A DNA stretch of 64,000 bases, taken from positions 1-64,000 of IMG/VR virus record IMGVR_UViG_3300045988_141624. The stretch is one strand, 5' to 3'. Numbering within the stretch: position 1 is the stretch's first letter; each line of letters starts with the position of its first letter. Source of the stretch: a virus. A program made the position numbers and the translations under genes. Positions 17,310-25,874 of the stretch are shown here, one piece after another. Below the pieces are notes generated by a model that was given only the letters and a program-made list of their open reading frames with translations, was not told where the DNA came from and did no database searches.

Positions 17310-17720
17310 ATGTATTTAGAAAACGCTATTAAAGTTATTGAATACGCTAAAGCGTATAATAAGAAAGATGCTACATTAAGGTTTGCTTTAAATTTGGCAA
17401 CCGTGGTATTAAAAAAAGTGTTAGAGGAAGAACAAGCAAAAGAAGAACACGAAGATTTGTCTGAAGAATATTATAAAGGATATATAGATGCTTATTACGA
17501 AATTATGACCAAACCAGCATATTTTCAACTTGAAAAAGTCGAAGACGATGTTGGAATTGTAAGGTGTAAAAATTGTGATATGTGGTGTGATGACAATATA
17601 ATTATAGAAGGGGGAATTAAAGAAAATATAAAACCTTGTGCGCAATGGTCTGGTGAAGGGCACATTGTTTTCACTAAGAAAAATGATTTTTGTAGTTATG
17701 GTGAGCGGAGGAATGAATAA
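17310..17720 (+). CDS. Hypothetical protein
   Basis: Clean ORF. C-terminal CKNCDMWC motif. Confidence 0.55.
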   Translation: MYLENAIKVIEYAKAYNKKDATLRFALNLATVVLKKVLEEEQAKEEHEDLSEEYYKGYIDAYYEIMTKPAYFQLEKVEDDVGIVRCKNCDMWCDDNIIIEGGIKENIKPCAQWSGEGHIVFTKKNDFCSYGERRNE

Positions 17721-17826
17721 TGAAAAGAAATAAAGTAAGTCGCATGAAGAGTTATGAATTGGTAAACTTTTGTGAAATTGATAAATTTGCTCTCAGAAAA
17801 AGCAATTTAAAAGTGGAGGTAATGTT

Positions 17827-18258
17827 ATGTTTTACTTATTTAATCAGAATAATTCAGGCGGCTCTTTTATTGTAAATGATAAAGTTTGTCATAGACTTTT
17901 TATTGAAGCTGATGACGGGAGAGAAGCACTCCGAGTAGCCGAAAGTCTTGGTTGCTATTGGGATGGCGTAAGCAAGGGTTTGGATTGTCCTTGTTGTGGC
18001 GATAGATGGAGTAGATATTACAATGAAATTGATATTAACAAATTTAAGAACGATGGATATGAGGTAAGTGTTTATGATAGTATTTATCATAATACTGTTC
18101 AAGAATGGGAAAAGAAATATGGTAAATTTACCATTGTTAAACAACCTCATTTTAAAAGTGATAAATATGGTAATTTTCGTTTATATGTTGGCTCTATCTC
18201 ATTCGCGTCCATTGAAGAATATGCGCAATATATGGCAAACTTTTTGTGGATGGATTGA
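17827..18258 (+). CDS. Hypothetical protein
   Basis: The ATG follows GGAGGT. It contains CPCCGDRW. Confidence 0.55.
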   Translation: MFYLFNQNNSGGSFIVNDKVCHRLFIEADDGREALRVAESLGCYWDGVSKGLDCPCCGDRWSRYYNEIDINKFKNDGYEVSVYDSIYHNTVQEWEKKYGKFTIVKQPHFKSDKYGNFRLYVGSISFASIEEYAQYMANFLWMD

Positions 18259-18298
18259 AACATTACCTTATGCAAAGGAACTGATTTGTCTTGAATGA
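18233..18298 (+). pseudogene. Second orphan remnant of the ThyX-like gene's 3' tail (out of frame with the 17827 gene)
   Basis: It translates as WQTFCGWIETLPYAKELICLE*, compare WHTFCDWIESLPYSELIIE. Confidence 0.45.
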
Positions 18299-18341
18299 AA
18301 TTTAGTTAAACAAAATTAGTGAAAGAAAGAGTAGGTAAAAT

Positions 18342-18518
18342 ATGACTGTTAAAAAATTAAAAGAATATCTTGAAAAGAACGAAGTTCCAGACAGTGCAGA
18401 AATTTTTATCTATGCGGATTATGGGAATTATGGAAAAGTAAGCGGAGAATTTGTTATTTTCAAAAATGGTTCTACAAACGATTGTAATGAGATAATTTTT
18501 GAGTTTAATGACAAATAA
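18342..18518 (+). CDS. Small hypothetical protein (58 aa)
   Basis: ATG ORF that fills an intergenic gap. The RBS is weak. It is below the ORF-track cutoff. Confidence 0.3.
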   Translation: MTVKKLKEYLEKNEVPDSAEIFIYADYGNYGKVSGEFVIFKNGSTNDCNEIIFEFNDK

Positions 18519-18646
18519 AGGGAAAATAAAATTTGTGTCGAATATATAAATATAGATGTTACATTTTTGTAATATCTGGTTGAATTGCTAATATTTTTCA
18601 TGAAGCCTATCACAAAATGGGCTTCAAAATTTTGTTAAAAAACATA

Positions 18647-18675
18647 TTGCAAAAGGTGGTGGTATATGCTATACT
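18647..18675 (+). promoter_or_regulatory. Promoter upstream of the recombinase gene
   Basis: TTGCAA (18647-18652), a 17-nt spacer, then TATACT (18670-18675). It abuts a TAATAGCGAAA motif. Confidence 0.5.
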
Positions 18676-18699
18676 AATAGCGAAAGGAAGGGAATAAGA

Positions 18700-19515
18700 A
18701 TGGAAAACATGGAGTTATTTTTGAAGAATTTACAAGGTGAGGGAAAATCTAAAAACACAATTGTAAATTATCAAAAAGATGTTCGAGATATGTTGTCTTT
18801 TGTAAATAAGAATGAGGCTGTAATCACGGTTGAAGATTTAGTGGTTTGGAAGGCAAGTTTAGATACTTATGCTTCGGCCTCTATTTATAGAAAAATTAGT
18901 GCTGTGAAAAGCTACTTTGGTTTTTTGAATGGAATTAATCGAATTAAAAATAATCCAGCCAAAAACCTAAAAAATGTAAAGGTTAAAAATAAAGAAAAAC
19001 CTTATATTCCCATGGAAGAAGCAGTAGACTTGATTAAATATGGGAAAAATGCAAGAGATAAAGCTATTGTTGCAATGTATTTGAGTACAGGATTGCGGGT
19101 TTCCGAACTAATTAGAATCACTTTGGAACAATATGAAAACGATGATATTTATATTGAGACAAAAGGTGGAAGCTTTAGGCGAGTTTATTTAAACCAATCC
19201 TGTAGAGAATATGTTGACAAATATCTTGAAACTAGGAAGAACGGCGCAGAGAACTTGTTTGTTTCTAATCAAGGGACTCCAATGCGCCCAGAGTGTATAA
19301 ATAGAACATTGAAGAATATTGCGAAAAGAGCAGGAATTACCAAAAATATCAGCAATCATAGCTTGCGTTATACTTTTGTAAGTGATGTGTGTGATAATTA
19401 TGGTATTAGAGTGGCCCAAGAAACAATTGGTCATAAGTCTATCAAAACAACTGAAAGATATTCCAAAGTGAAAGAAGAAAAAATAAAAGATGTAATGTTG
19501 TCTATTGCATTTTAA
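18700..19515 (+). CDS. Tyrosine site-specific recombinase (XerC/D-like integrase)
   Basis: Catalytic signature GLRVSEL (R), HSLRYTF (HxxR) and GHKSIKTTERY (H...Y), plus an N-terminal SAM-like domain. Confidence 0.85.
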   Translation: MENMELFLKNLQGEGKSKNTIVNYQKDVRDMLSFVNKNEAVITVEDLVVWKASLDTYASASIYRKISAVKSYFGFLNGINRIKNNPAKNLKNVKVKNKEKPYIPMEEAVDLIKYGKNARDKAIVAMYLSTGLRVSELIRITLEQYENDDIYIETKGGSFRRVYLNQSCREYVDKYLETRKNGAENLFVSNQGTPMRPECINRTLKNIAKRAGITKNISNHSLRYTFVSDVCDNYGIRVAQETIGHKSIKTTERYSKVKEEKIKDVMLSIAF

Positions 19516-19530
19516 CAAGGAGTTTATTGT

Positions 19531-20211
19531 ATGAAAAATTTATTTAAATTGTTTGTAGAAAAGAAGGTGTTTCATTGCATATTTTTATGTAGTGTTATGG
19601 GAATGACATTGGTGGATACAACAGGGATGAGCGCTCAAGATATGGCAATAGCTAGTGTTGAACCTAGTATTGTTGCTACAGCGTCTCCAACTGTTGAGAC
19701 AACTTCCGTGCCAACTCAAATCACAACTCCCAAACCAACTAAGGAACCAATTAAAAAAACAAAAAAACCTACTAAAAAACCCAAGAATACCCAGAAACCT
19801 AAGACAGTTCAGCAACCAAAACAAGAAGTTACTAATCATGGTAAAGGAAAATATTCTGGAATTAAAGTAAGTAGTAGCGACAGAAAATTATTAGCTCAGC
19901 TTGTAAAAAGAGAAGCGGGGGGCGAAAGTTTTAAGGGGCAAAAAGCTGTTGTAGAGGTTGTATTGAATCGTGTGTTAGATAGTCGTTTTCCTAATACAAT
20001 TAGAGGGGTTGTTTTTCAAAAAGGACAATTTTCTACTGCCTCTAAACTATCAAAAACCACTCCAACACAAACCAATTATGACGCTGTAGATTATGTGCTA
20101 GAACATGGTGCAACTGTTCTTCATGGTAATTATGTATATTTCTCTGCTGGGAAATGTCATGGCTCTGGCAGAATTAAAATTGGAAATCAATGGTTTGGAA
20201 AAGGAAAATAA
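19531..20211 (+). CDS. Secreted SleB-type cell-wall hydrolase (Hydrolase_2 family)
   Basis: N-terminal hydrophobic signal/anchor, a P/T/K-rich linker, then REAGGES..QKAVVEVVLNRV.DSRFPNTIRGVVFQKGQFS. Confidence 0.7.
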   Translation: MKNLFKLFVEKKVFHCIFLCSVMGMTLVDTTGMSAQDMAIASVEPSIVATASPTVETTSVPTQITTPKPTKEPIKKTKKPTKKPKNTQKPKTVQQPKQEVTNHGKGKYSGIKVSSSDRKLLAQLVKREAGGESFKGQKAVVEVVLNRVLDSRFPNTIRGVVFQKGQFSTASKLSKTTPTQTNYDAVDYVLEHGATVLHGNYVYFSAGKCHGSGRIKIGNQWFGKGK

Positions 20212-20235
20212 TTTAAAAATTTTTTATAAAGATAG

Positions 20236-20280
20236 TTGACAGATATAATTCCTTGTGTCATAATATTAACACAAGGAATT
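20236..20280 (+). promoter_or_regulatory. Promoter overlapped by a perfect 12-bp inverted repeat (operator-like)
   Basis: TTGACA (20236-20241), a 17-nt spacer, then CATAAT (20259-20264). aattccttgtgt (20247-20258) is the inverted repeat of acacaaggaatt (20269-20280). Confidence 0.55.
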
Positions 20281-20310
20281 ATTTTAATTAGGAGGCGAAA
20301 CAAAGAACAA

Positions 20311-20529
20311 ATGGAAGAAAATGGAAAAAGACCAGAACAAATTATTGTGGACTATGTAGAAGAAAAGATGAAAGAAGTTCATCTTAAATCTTTTACAGAT
20401 GGATTCTACGGCTGCCTTAATGCTGTTATTCGACAATTCAATGAAGGGAGAACTAAAAACGAAATTTTAAATTGGTGTAAAAGTGTAAGAGATAACAGGC
20501 AAATTATTATTCCAGAAAAAAAAGATTAA
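20311..20529 (+). CDS. Hypothetical protein
   Basis: In-frame ATG after GGAGG. The ORF-track start at 20236 is in fact the -35 box. Confidence 0.45.
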   Translation: MEENGKRPEQIIVDYVEEKMKEVHLKSFTDGFYGCLNAVIRQFNEGRTKNEILNWCKSVRDNRQIIIPEKKD

Positions 20530-20560
20530 AAAAATTATTAAATTTAAGGAGAAAATTATT

Positions 20561-21550
20561 ATGAAAGAAGTATTACAGACAAGAAGTTATGGTATGGTTT
20601 CAGGAGTTCTTTCCGAAAAAGACATTGAAGTAAAACAGCTTCCTGACGGACGAGAAAAAATTCAAGGGGCAGTTACCATTGAAAACAAACAGGGTGTTTA
20701 TCGAGTTAGTGTAAATAACATTTTTCACTATACTAAGGGTGCCGAAGAAACAGAAGAAAACGAAACCAGAGGTTGGAAAAATTGGATTGGTTTTATGAGT
20801 AGTGGTATTGATAAAAAAGAAGCTGCTAAAAATGGTGTAACTCCCTCTTGTGTAAATTGCACTATTTCATTGAACACCTATGAACGAGCCGATAGAAACG
20901 GTAATGGGGTTGCCTCTTATACCAATTTATCTGGTAATTTTATTACAGTTGTAGATGAAAACTCTGTTGGTGAAGGTGCGGCAGAATTTTCTATGGATTG
21001 TATTATTAAAAGCATTAAACCCGAAACAGACAACAATGGTGAAACAGGTCGTGCTTTAGTTGATGTCTATACGGTAGATTATTTCAAAAATATGCACGTT
21101 GTTCATATTGTAGTTCCCGAAGAATATTATGACGCAATTATGCAGGGCTATGTAGATGAAGTTTCGGGTGAATATGTGGACAAATTAGAGGCTGGAGATA
21201 CAATCACTCTTTATTGCGAAGTGGCTAATGTGGGTGGTTCTACTCAACCTGTTCATAGTGGTTTCGGACGCAAGGTGACAACTCGTCAAGGTTTTACAAG
21301 ACAAGAGTTCCAGTTAGTAGGCGCAGATATTCCTAAAAATAAAAGCAATAACCCCATGGAGTTGGAAGGCTCCTTCGATGAAGAAACAATTAAACAACTA
21401 GAAAAAGAAATGAATATTCGCTTGGAAGAGATTCAATCTAATAATACTGCGACTTCTGCATCTACTCAAAGTTCTCAGCCCAAGTTTGGAAACAAATCTT
21501 CCATTAAAGAACGCATGGCTAGCATGAGTCTTGATGATATGCCGTTTTAA
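20561..21550 (+). CDS. Putative ssDNA-binding protein
   Basis: The C-terminus ends ..MSLDDMPF, an SSB-type acidic tail ending in Pro-Phe. It lies directly upstream of the recombination ATPase. The N-terminal fold is not recognised. Confidence 0.45.
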   Translation: MKEVLQTRSYGMVSGVLSEKDIEVKQLPDGREKIQGAVTIENKQGVYRVSVNNIFHYTKGAEETEENETRGWKNWIGFMSSGIDKKEAAKNGVTPSCVNCTISLNTYERADRNGNGVASYTNLSGNFITVVDENSVGEGAAEFSMDCIIKSIKPETDNNGETGRALVDVYTVDYFKNMHVVHIVVPEEYYDAIMQGYVDEVSGEYVDKLEAGDTITLYCEVANVGGSTQPVHSGFGRKVTTRQGFTRQEFQLVGADIPKNKSNNPMELEGSFDEETIKQLEKEMNIRLEEIQSNNTATSASTQSSQPKFGNKSSIKERMASMSLDDMPF

Positions 21551-21569
21551 TAAAGAGGAGGAATAAAAT

Positions 21570-22631
21570 ATGGCTACTAAAATTGATATTTTTGCAAAAC
21601 AAGATAGTAATATGGTTATGGATTTATCTGGACAAAAAATCATGATTTATGGCCCCAATGATACGGGGAAAACAAAACAATCTTGTAGATTTCCTAAACC
21701 TCTTTTGTTAATGGCTGAAAATGGCGGTAATGCTGTTAATTGTCCTAAGTTTGCTATTAGAGATTGGAATACTTTTGTTACAATTAATAATCAGCTTGTT
21801 AATATGTATGATAAGGCGCATGAACTTTATAATACTATTATTATTGACACTGCTGAGGAATTGGTAAATATTTGCGAGGCTCAAGTTTGTAAAATGTATG
21901 GGGTAAACGACATTGGATTGGTTCAAGACTCTTCCGATAAAAACAATCGTAATCCTAATGGTTATCTTTTGGCTCGAAAAATGTTTAGAAATCAAATCAA
22001 TATGCTGACCTCTTATGGATATACTGTTATTTTTATTTCACATGAAGAAGAGGTAGAAAAGAAAGAAGAAATCATTGATAAGGATAACAAAGTCAAAATA
22101 GTAACTAAAATGTTTACAGTGCCTTTTGGAACGGAGAAAAAGAAGGGTTCTACACGCTTTTTGAGAAATTTGTGTGACTTTGTTATTTATGCTCGTCCCA
22201 ACGGTATTGACCAGAATGGCGATGCTATTCCCTCTTCTGCTATTTGTAAACAAACTCATACAATTTTTGCTCGAAGCCGATATAATATGCCTGTTATGGT
22301 GGATGTGTTTACAGCGGAGAATATGCAGAAAACAATGTTGGAAGCAATTAAAAGCAGCGCCGAAGAATCTAATAGTGTTCTAGTGCCTTTTGAGAAAAAA
22401 GAAGATAAGTTCTCACTAGAAGATTATTTTGAAATTATTCCAAAGGTAATGCAAAAAGTGTTCGCTGTTGCACCTGAAACCGTGCAGCTGATTGTAGAAG
22501 AAGAATTGGGATACGATGATGAAGGAAAAGTAAGGAAAGTATCTTCGGCCAAAGAGAATGATATTCCTAAACTTGCTAACATTTATACAAAACTAACTAA
22601 TTTAGCAACTGAATACGAAATTTCTTTTTAA
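21570..22631 (+). CDS. AAA_24/Sak4-like RecA-fold ATPase
   Basis: Walker A IMIYGPNDTGKT, then LLLMAENGG, then Walker B-like TIIIDTAEEL. Confidence 0.6.
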   Translation: MATKIDIFAKQDSNMVMDLSGQKIMIYGPNDTGKTKQSCRFPKPLLLMAENGGNAVNCPKFAIRDWNTFVTINNQLVNMYDKAHELYNTIIIDTAEELVNICEAQVCKMYGVNDIGLVQDSSDKNNRNPNGYLLARKMFRNQINMLTSYGYTVIFISHEEEVEKKEEIIDKDNKVKIVTKMFTVPFGTEKKKGSTRFLRNLCDFVIYARPNGIDQNGDAIPSSAICKQTHTIFARSRYNMPVMVDVFTAENMQKTMLEAIKSSAEESNSVLVPFEKKEDKFSLEDYFEIIPKVMQKVFAVAPETVQLIVEEELGYDDEGKVRKVSSAKENDIPKLANIYTKLTNLATEYEISF

Positions 22632-22642
22632 GGAAACGATTT

Positions 22643-22668
22643 AGAGAGTGGAAAATTTTCTACTCTCT
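22643..22668 (+). terminator. Rho-independent terminator
   Basis: agagagtgg (22643-22651) pairs with ctactctct (22660-22668), followed by a T-run. Confidence 0.65.
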
Positions 22669-22679
22669 TTATTTTTTTA

Positions 22680-22708
22680 TTGACAAATTCAATTTAATCC
22701 TCTATAAT
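22680..22708 (+). promoter_or_regulatory. Consensus promoter
   Basis: TTGACA (22680-22685), a 17-nt spacer, then TATAAT (22703-22708). Confidence 0.65.
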
Positions 22709-22740
22709 AAGTGTACAAAGAAAAGACAAGGAGTATATTT

Positions 22741-23247
22741 ATGGCTAAACCTACATATGTTAAATGTCGTTTTTGCAAAAAAGAAATAGAAAGGGACAAA
22801 GCTTTTAATCCAAAAGAACGTCAATATTTTTGTGATGAAAATTGTTATAACAAACTTCAAAAGAAGCAAAATCCTGCTCCACCAAAAAGCGAATTTAGGC
22901 AACTAACAGATTTTATTGATGAAATTTATGAAAAAGATTGTAACTGGGCTTGGATTACTAAACAAATTAAACACTATAAAGAGGAATACGGTTGGTCAGA
23001 CAAAGAATTGTTACTAACCTTGCGCTATTATGTGTTAATTTTAGAGAAACCTTATGATGTAACATTGGGTTTGGGGCAAGTGTTTCCCCGCTATTATAAA
23101 GAAGCCATGGAATATACTAATGAATGTTTCCATAATAAAGAGAAATATCAAGACATGGAATTTAAAGAAGAGGTAGTTTATGTGCCCAACACTTCTAAAA
23201 GCTATTATCATCGACTGAAAGGGAAGGACAATGATTTATTCATTTAA
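22741..23247 (+). CDS. Hypothetical zinc-ribbon protein (possible helicase-loader position)
   Basis: The ATG at 22741 lies 8 nt after AAGGAG. CRFC ... CDENC pairs. It overlaps the DnaB-like gene start. Confidence 0.5.
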   Translation: MAKPTYVKCRFCKKEIERDKAFNPKERQYFCDENCYNKLQKKQNPAPPKSEFRQLTDFIDEIYEKDCNWAWITKQIKHYKEEYGWSDKELLLTLRYYVLILEKPYDVTLGLGQVFPRYYKEAMEYTNECFHNKEKYQDMEFKEEVVYVPNTSKSYYHRLKGKDNDLFI

Positions 23248-24742
23248 TGACGCTTATATGACATTAGGTTGTTTGCTGAATAACACCGACTTGTTACTAA
23301 ACAAAAAATTTCCAATTAATAAAGATGATTTTCTGCCGTGTTCTTTCCATATGATTCTATTTTCTGCTATTGCTCATTTAGCGACCGAAGGGGCTATGGA
23401 AGTAGATGAAATCATGGTAGATAATTTTTGTAAACACTATAAAGCTCAATATGAAGTATTAGAGGATAATAATTTTTTAGAGTTTATTCCCACTGTAAAA
23501 GATTTAGTTAATCCTGACAATTATGAGGTCTATTATAACAATGTGCGTAAATTAAGTTTGCTTCGCCAGTATGAAGAAATGGGTGTTGATATTTCTGAAA
23601 TTTATGAAGAAAATGAAAATGGTGAAATCAATTTTGAAAAATTAAATCAATATTCTATTAAATACATACTTAACTTCTATGAAAGTAAATATAATCAATT
23701 AAGAAAGAAATTTGATAGTAGAAATGTTCGCGCTGAAATGTGGGCTGGTGAGGGCTTTGAAAAAGTGTTGGATGAGTTTCAACTAGAACCTTCTTTTGGA
23801 GCAGTTCTTAATTCACCTTATTTAACATCTATTTATAGAGGTTGGCAAAGAGGGCATTTGTTATTACGTTCTGCACCTTCAGGTTTTGGTAAAACATCCG
23901 CAGCTATTGGGGATTTGTGCTCTGTTTCTGTAACTCATTTATGGGATAAAGAAAAACAAGAGTTCGTAGAGAACCCTAATTATCAAGGAAATGGGTTCTA
24001 TATTCATACTGAAATGGAACAAGAAAGAGAATTACAACCCAGATTTGCGGCATATGTGGCAGATGTGCCCACTCATAAAATTTTAGACGGCAAATTCACA
24101 CAAGAAGAAAAAAATAGATTGATTAAAGCGGGACAAATTCTCAGAGAATCCAATATTCGTTTAATTGATATGCCAGATTTTACTTTAACTAATTTGCGCA
24201 GAGTAATTAAAGAGTGTTCTATTATTCACCAATGCAAATATGGTGTATTTGATTATATCTGGGATAATGGCATAGTGGGCAAAGACTATAAAGAAAGAAT
24301 TGGCACTTCTTTAAGACAAGATATGTTGTTGTTGGCTATTTCTAATGAGTTGAAAATGTGCGCAGAAGATTATAGTTTAGGTTTGTTATCAATGACGCAG
24401 TTAAACGGCAATGAAAAAACAAATGATTTAATTGATGAAAATTGTTTATTTGGCAGCAAACAATTAAAAACTAAGTTAGACAATGGTTGTATTGTTTTGA
24501 AACCTAGAAAAAAAGAGCTGTCTTTAGCTCAAACAATTATTAACCGCAAAAGACTAGAAGAGAAAACTGAGCCAAACATTATTACCCATGTTTATAAAGC
24601 TAGATATTCTCAATATGGTCAAAATGTTAAAGTATGGCAGAGCTTTGACTTCAGCACAGGACGTGTTAAAGATTTATTTTGCACGGATGAAAAAAATAAT
24701 TATTTAGATTCTATTCCAAAAACCTTTGTGAAAAATAAATGA
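23231..24742 (+). CDS. dnaB: DnaB-like replicative DNA helicase
   Basis: Its size, the Walker A SAPSGFGKTS, the RecA-like C-terminal half and its position upstream of primase. Confidence 0.7.
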   Translation: MIYSFNDAYMTLGCLLNNTDLLLNKKFPINKDDFLPCSFHMILFSAIAHLATEGAMEVDEIMVDNFCKHYKAQYEVLEDNNFLEFIPTVKDLVNPDNYEVYYNNVRKLSLLRQYEEMGVDISEIYEENENGEINFEKLNQYSIKYILNFYESKYNQLRKKFDSRNVRAEMWAGEGFEKVLDEFQLEPSFGAVLNSPYLTSIYRGWQRGHLLLRSAPSGFGKTSAAIGDLCSVSVTHLWDKEKQEFVENPNYQGNGFYIHTEMEQERELQPRFAAYVADVPTHKILDGKFTQEEKNRLIKAGQILRESNIRLIDMPDFTLTNLRRVIKECSIIHQCKYGVFDYIWDNGIVGKDYKERIGTSLRQDMLLLAISNELKMCAEDYSLGLLSMTQLNGNEKTNDLIDENCLFGSKQLKTKLDNGCIVLKPRKKELSLAQTIINRKRLEEKTEPNIITHVYKARYSQYGQNVKVWQSFDFSTGRVKDLFCTDEKNNYLDSIPKTFVKNK

Positions 24743-24772
24743 TAACAATGGTAACAAGGAGGGGAGTGACAA

Positions 24773-25864
24773 ATGAAACAAATCAATCTTAAAGAAATAA
24801 AAAACAAGATGAATAGTAAAAATATTCATACATTAATAACATCTTTAGGTGGATATGTTTATGAAGAAAATGATAAACATATCATTTGTTCATCTATTTG
24901 TCACAACTCATCTAGTCATAAATTATATTGGTATAAAGATAGCAAACAATTTTTTTGTTTTTCACAATGCAGTAGAGCTTATAGTGTTTTTGATTTAGTA
25001 ATTAAAGTAAAAAATATTTCTTTTGTAGAATCTATAAAATATATTTGTACTGTTTGTAATATTCCAATTCAAGACGTAGAAAGGTATCAAGAGAAAAAGA
25101 AACAAGATAACTGGGAAGATAATCTTTCTAAATATATTAAAATAAAAAGAAAAGAAAACTTATATAAGACTTATGATAAATCCATTTTAAATTTTTTTGA
25201 TAAAAGCTATCATAAATCTTGGATTAAAGACGGTATTTCCATAGAAACAATGCAAAAATATCATATCGGTTTTTATCCTTATAAACAAATGATAACTATT
25301 CCTGTTTTTGATAAAGAAGGCAATTTAATGGGAATACATGGACGCAATTTAAATCCAGAATTAATAGAGTTTGGATATAAATATATGCCTGTTAAAATGT
25401 TGGATGAAACAGAATATAAGTTTTCAACTAGTCAAGTTTTGTATGGATTAAACATGAATCAATACAATATAGAAAATACAAAAGAAGTTAATATTTTTGA
25501 GGCACCAAAATCAGTTCTTCAAATGGAAACTATGTTATCTTGTAATAATAGTGTTGGATTATTTGGAACAAACATAAGCAAAAGTAAAAGAAATTTGTTG
25601 TTAAATTTAGGAATTGATACTGTCAACATTTGTCTTGATAAACAGTATCATCATTATTTCGATGAGGTTACCAACGATGAAGAAAAACGAGAATACTTAA
25701 GATGGGAAAGAATTGTAAGCAAAATTGCACAACAATTCAAAGGGTTCTGTCAGGTTTATGTGGTTTATGATAGAGGGGATTTGTTGGATTATAAAGACAG
25801 TCCCTCTGACAAAGGCATAAACACATGGAAAATATTATATAAAAATAGAGAAAATATTTTTTGA
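24773..25864 (+). CDS. dnaG: DNA primase (zinc finger plus TOPRIM)
   Basis: CHC2-type finger CHNSSSH...FFCFSQC. A TOPRIM-like EAPKS and downstream acidic motifs. Confidence 0.7.
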   Translation: MKQINLKEIKNKMNSKNIHTLITSLGGYVYEENDKHIICSSICHNSSSHKLYWYKDSKQFFCFSQCSRAYSVFDLVIKVKNISFVESIKYICTVCNIPIQDVERYQEKKKQDNWEDNLSKYIKIKRKENLYKTYDKSILNFFDKSYHKSWIKDGISIETMQKYHIGFYPYKQMITIPVFDKEGNLMGIHGRNLNPELIEFGYKYMPVKMLDETEYKFSTSQVLYGLNMNQYNIENTKEVNIFEAPKSVLQMETMLSCNNSVGLFGTNISKSKRNLLLNLGIDTVNICLDKQYHHYFDEVTNDEEKREYLRWERIVSKIAQQFKGFCQVYVVYDRGDLLDYKDSPSDKGINTWKILYKNRENIF

Positions 25865-25874
25865 GGAGGTCATA

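Noticed and set aside
17827-18298. Programmed frameshift joining 17827-18258 to the 18068-18298 frame.
   Set aside because: There is no slippery site. The downstream frame is better explained as a remnant of the ThyX-like gene tail.
20236-20310. N-terminal extension of the 20236 ORF (TTG start).
   Set aside because: The TTG is the first half of a TTGACA -35 box, and the stretch contains the -10 box and operator palindrome. The in-frame ATG at 20311 follows a GGAGG.
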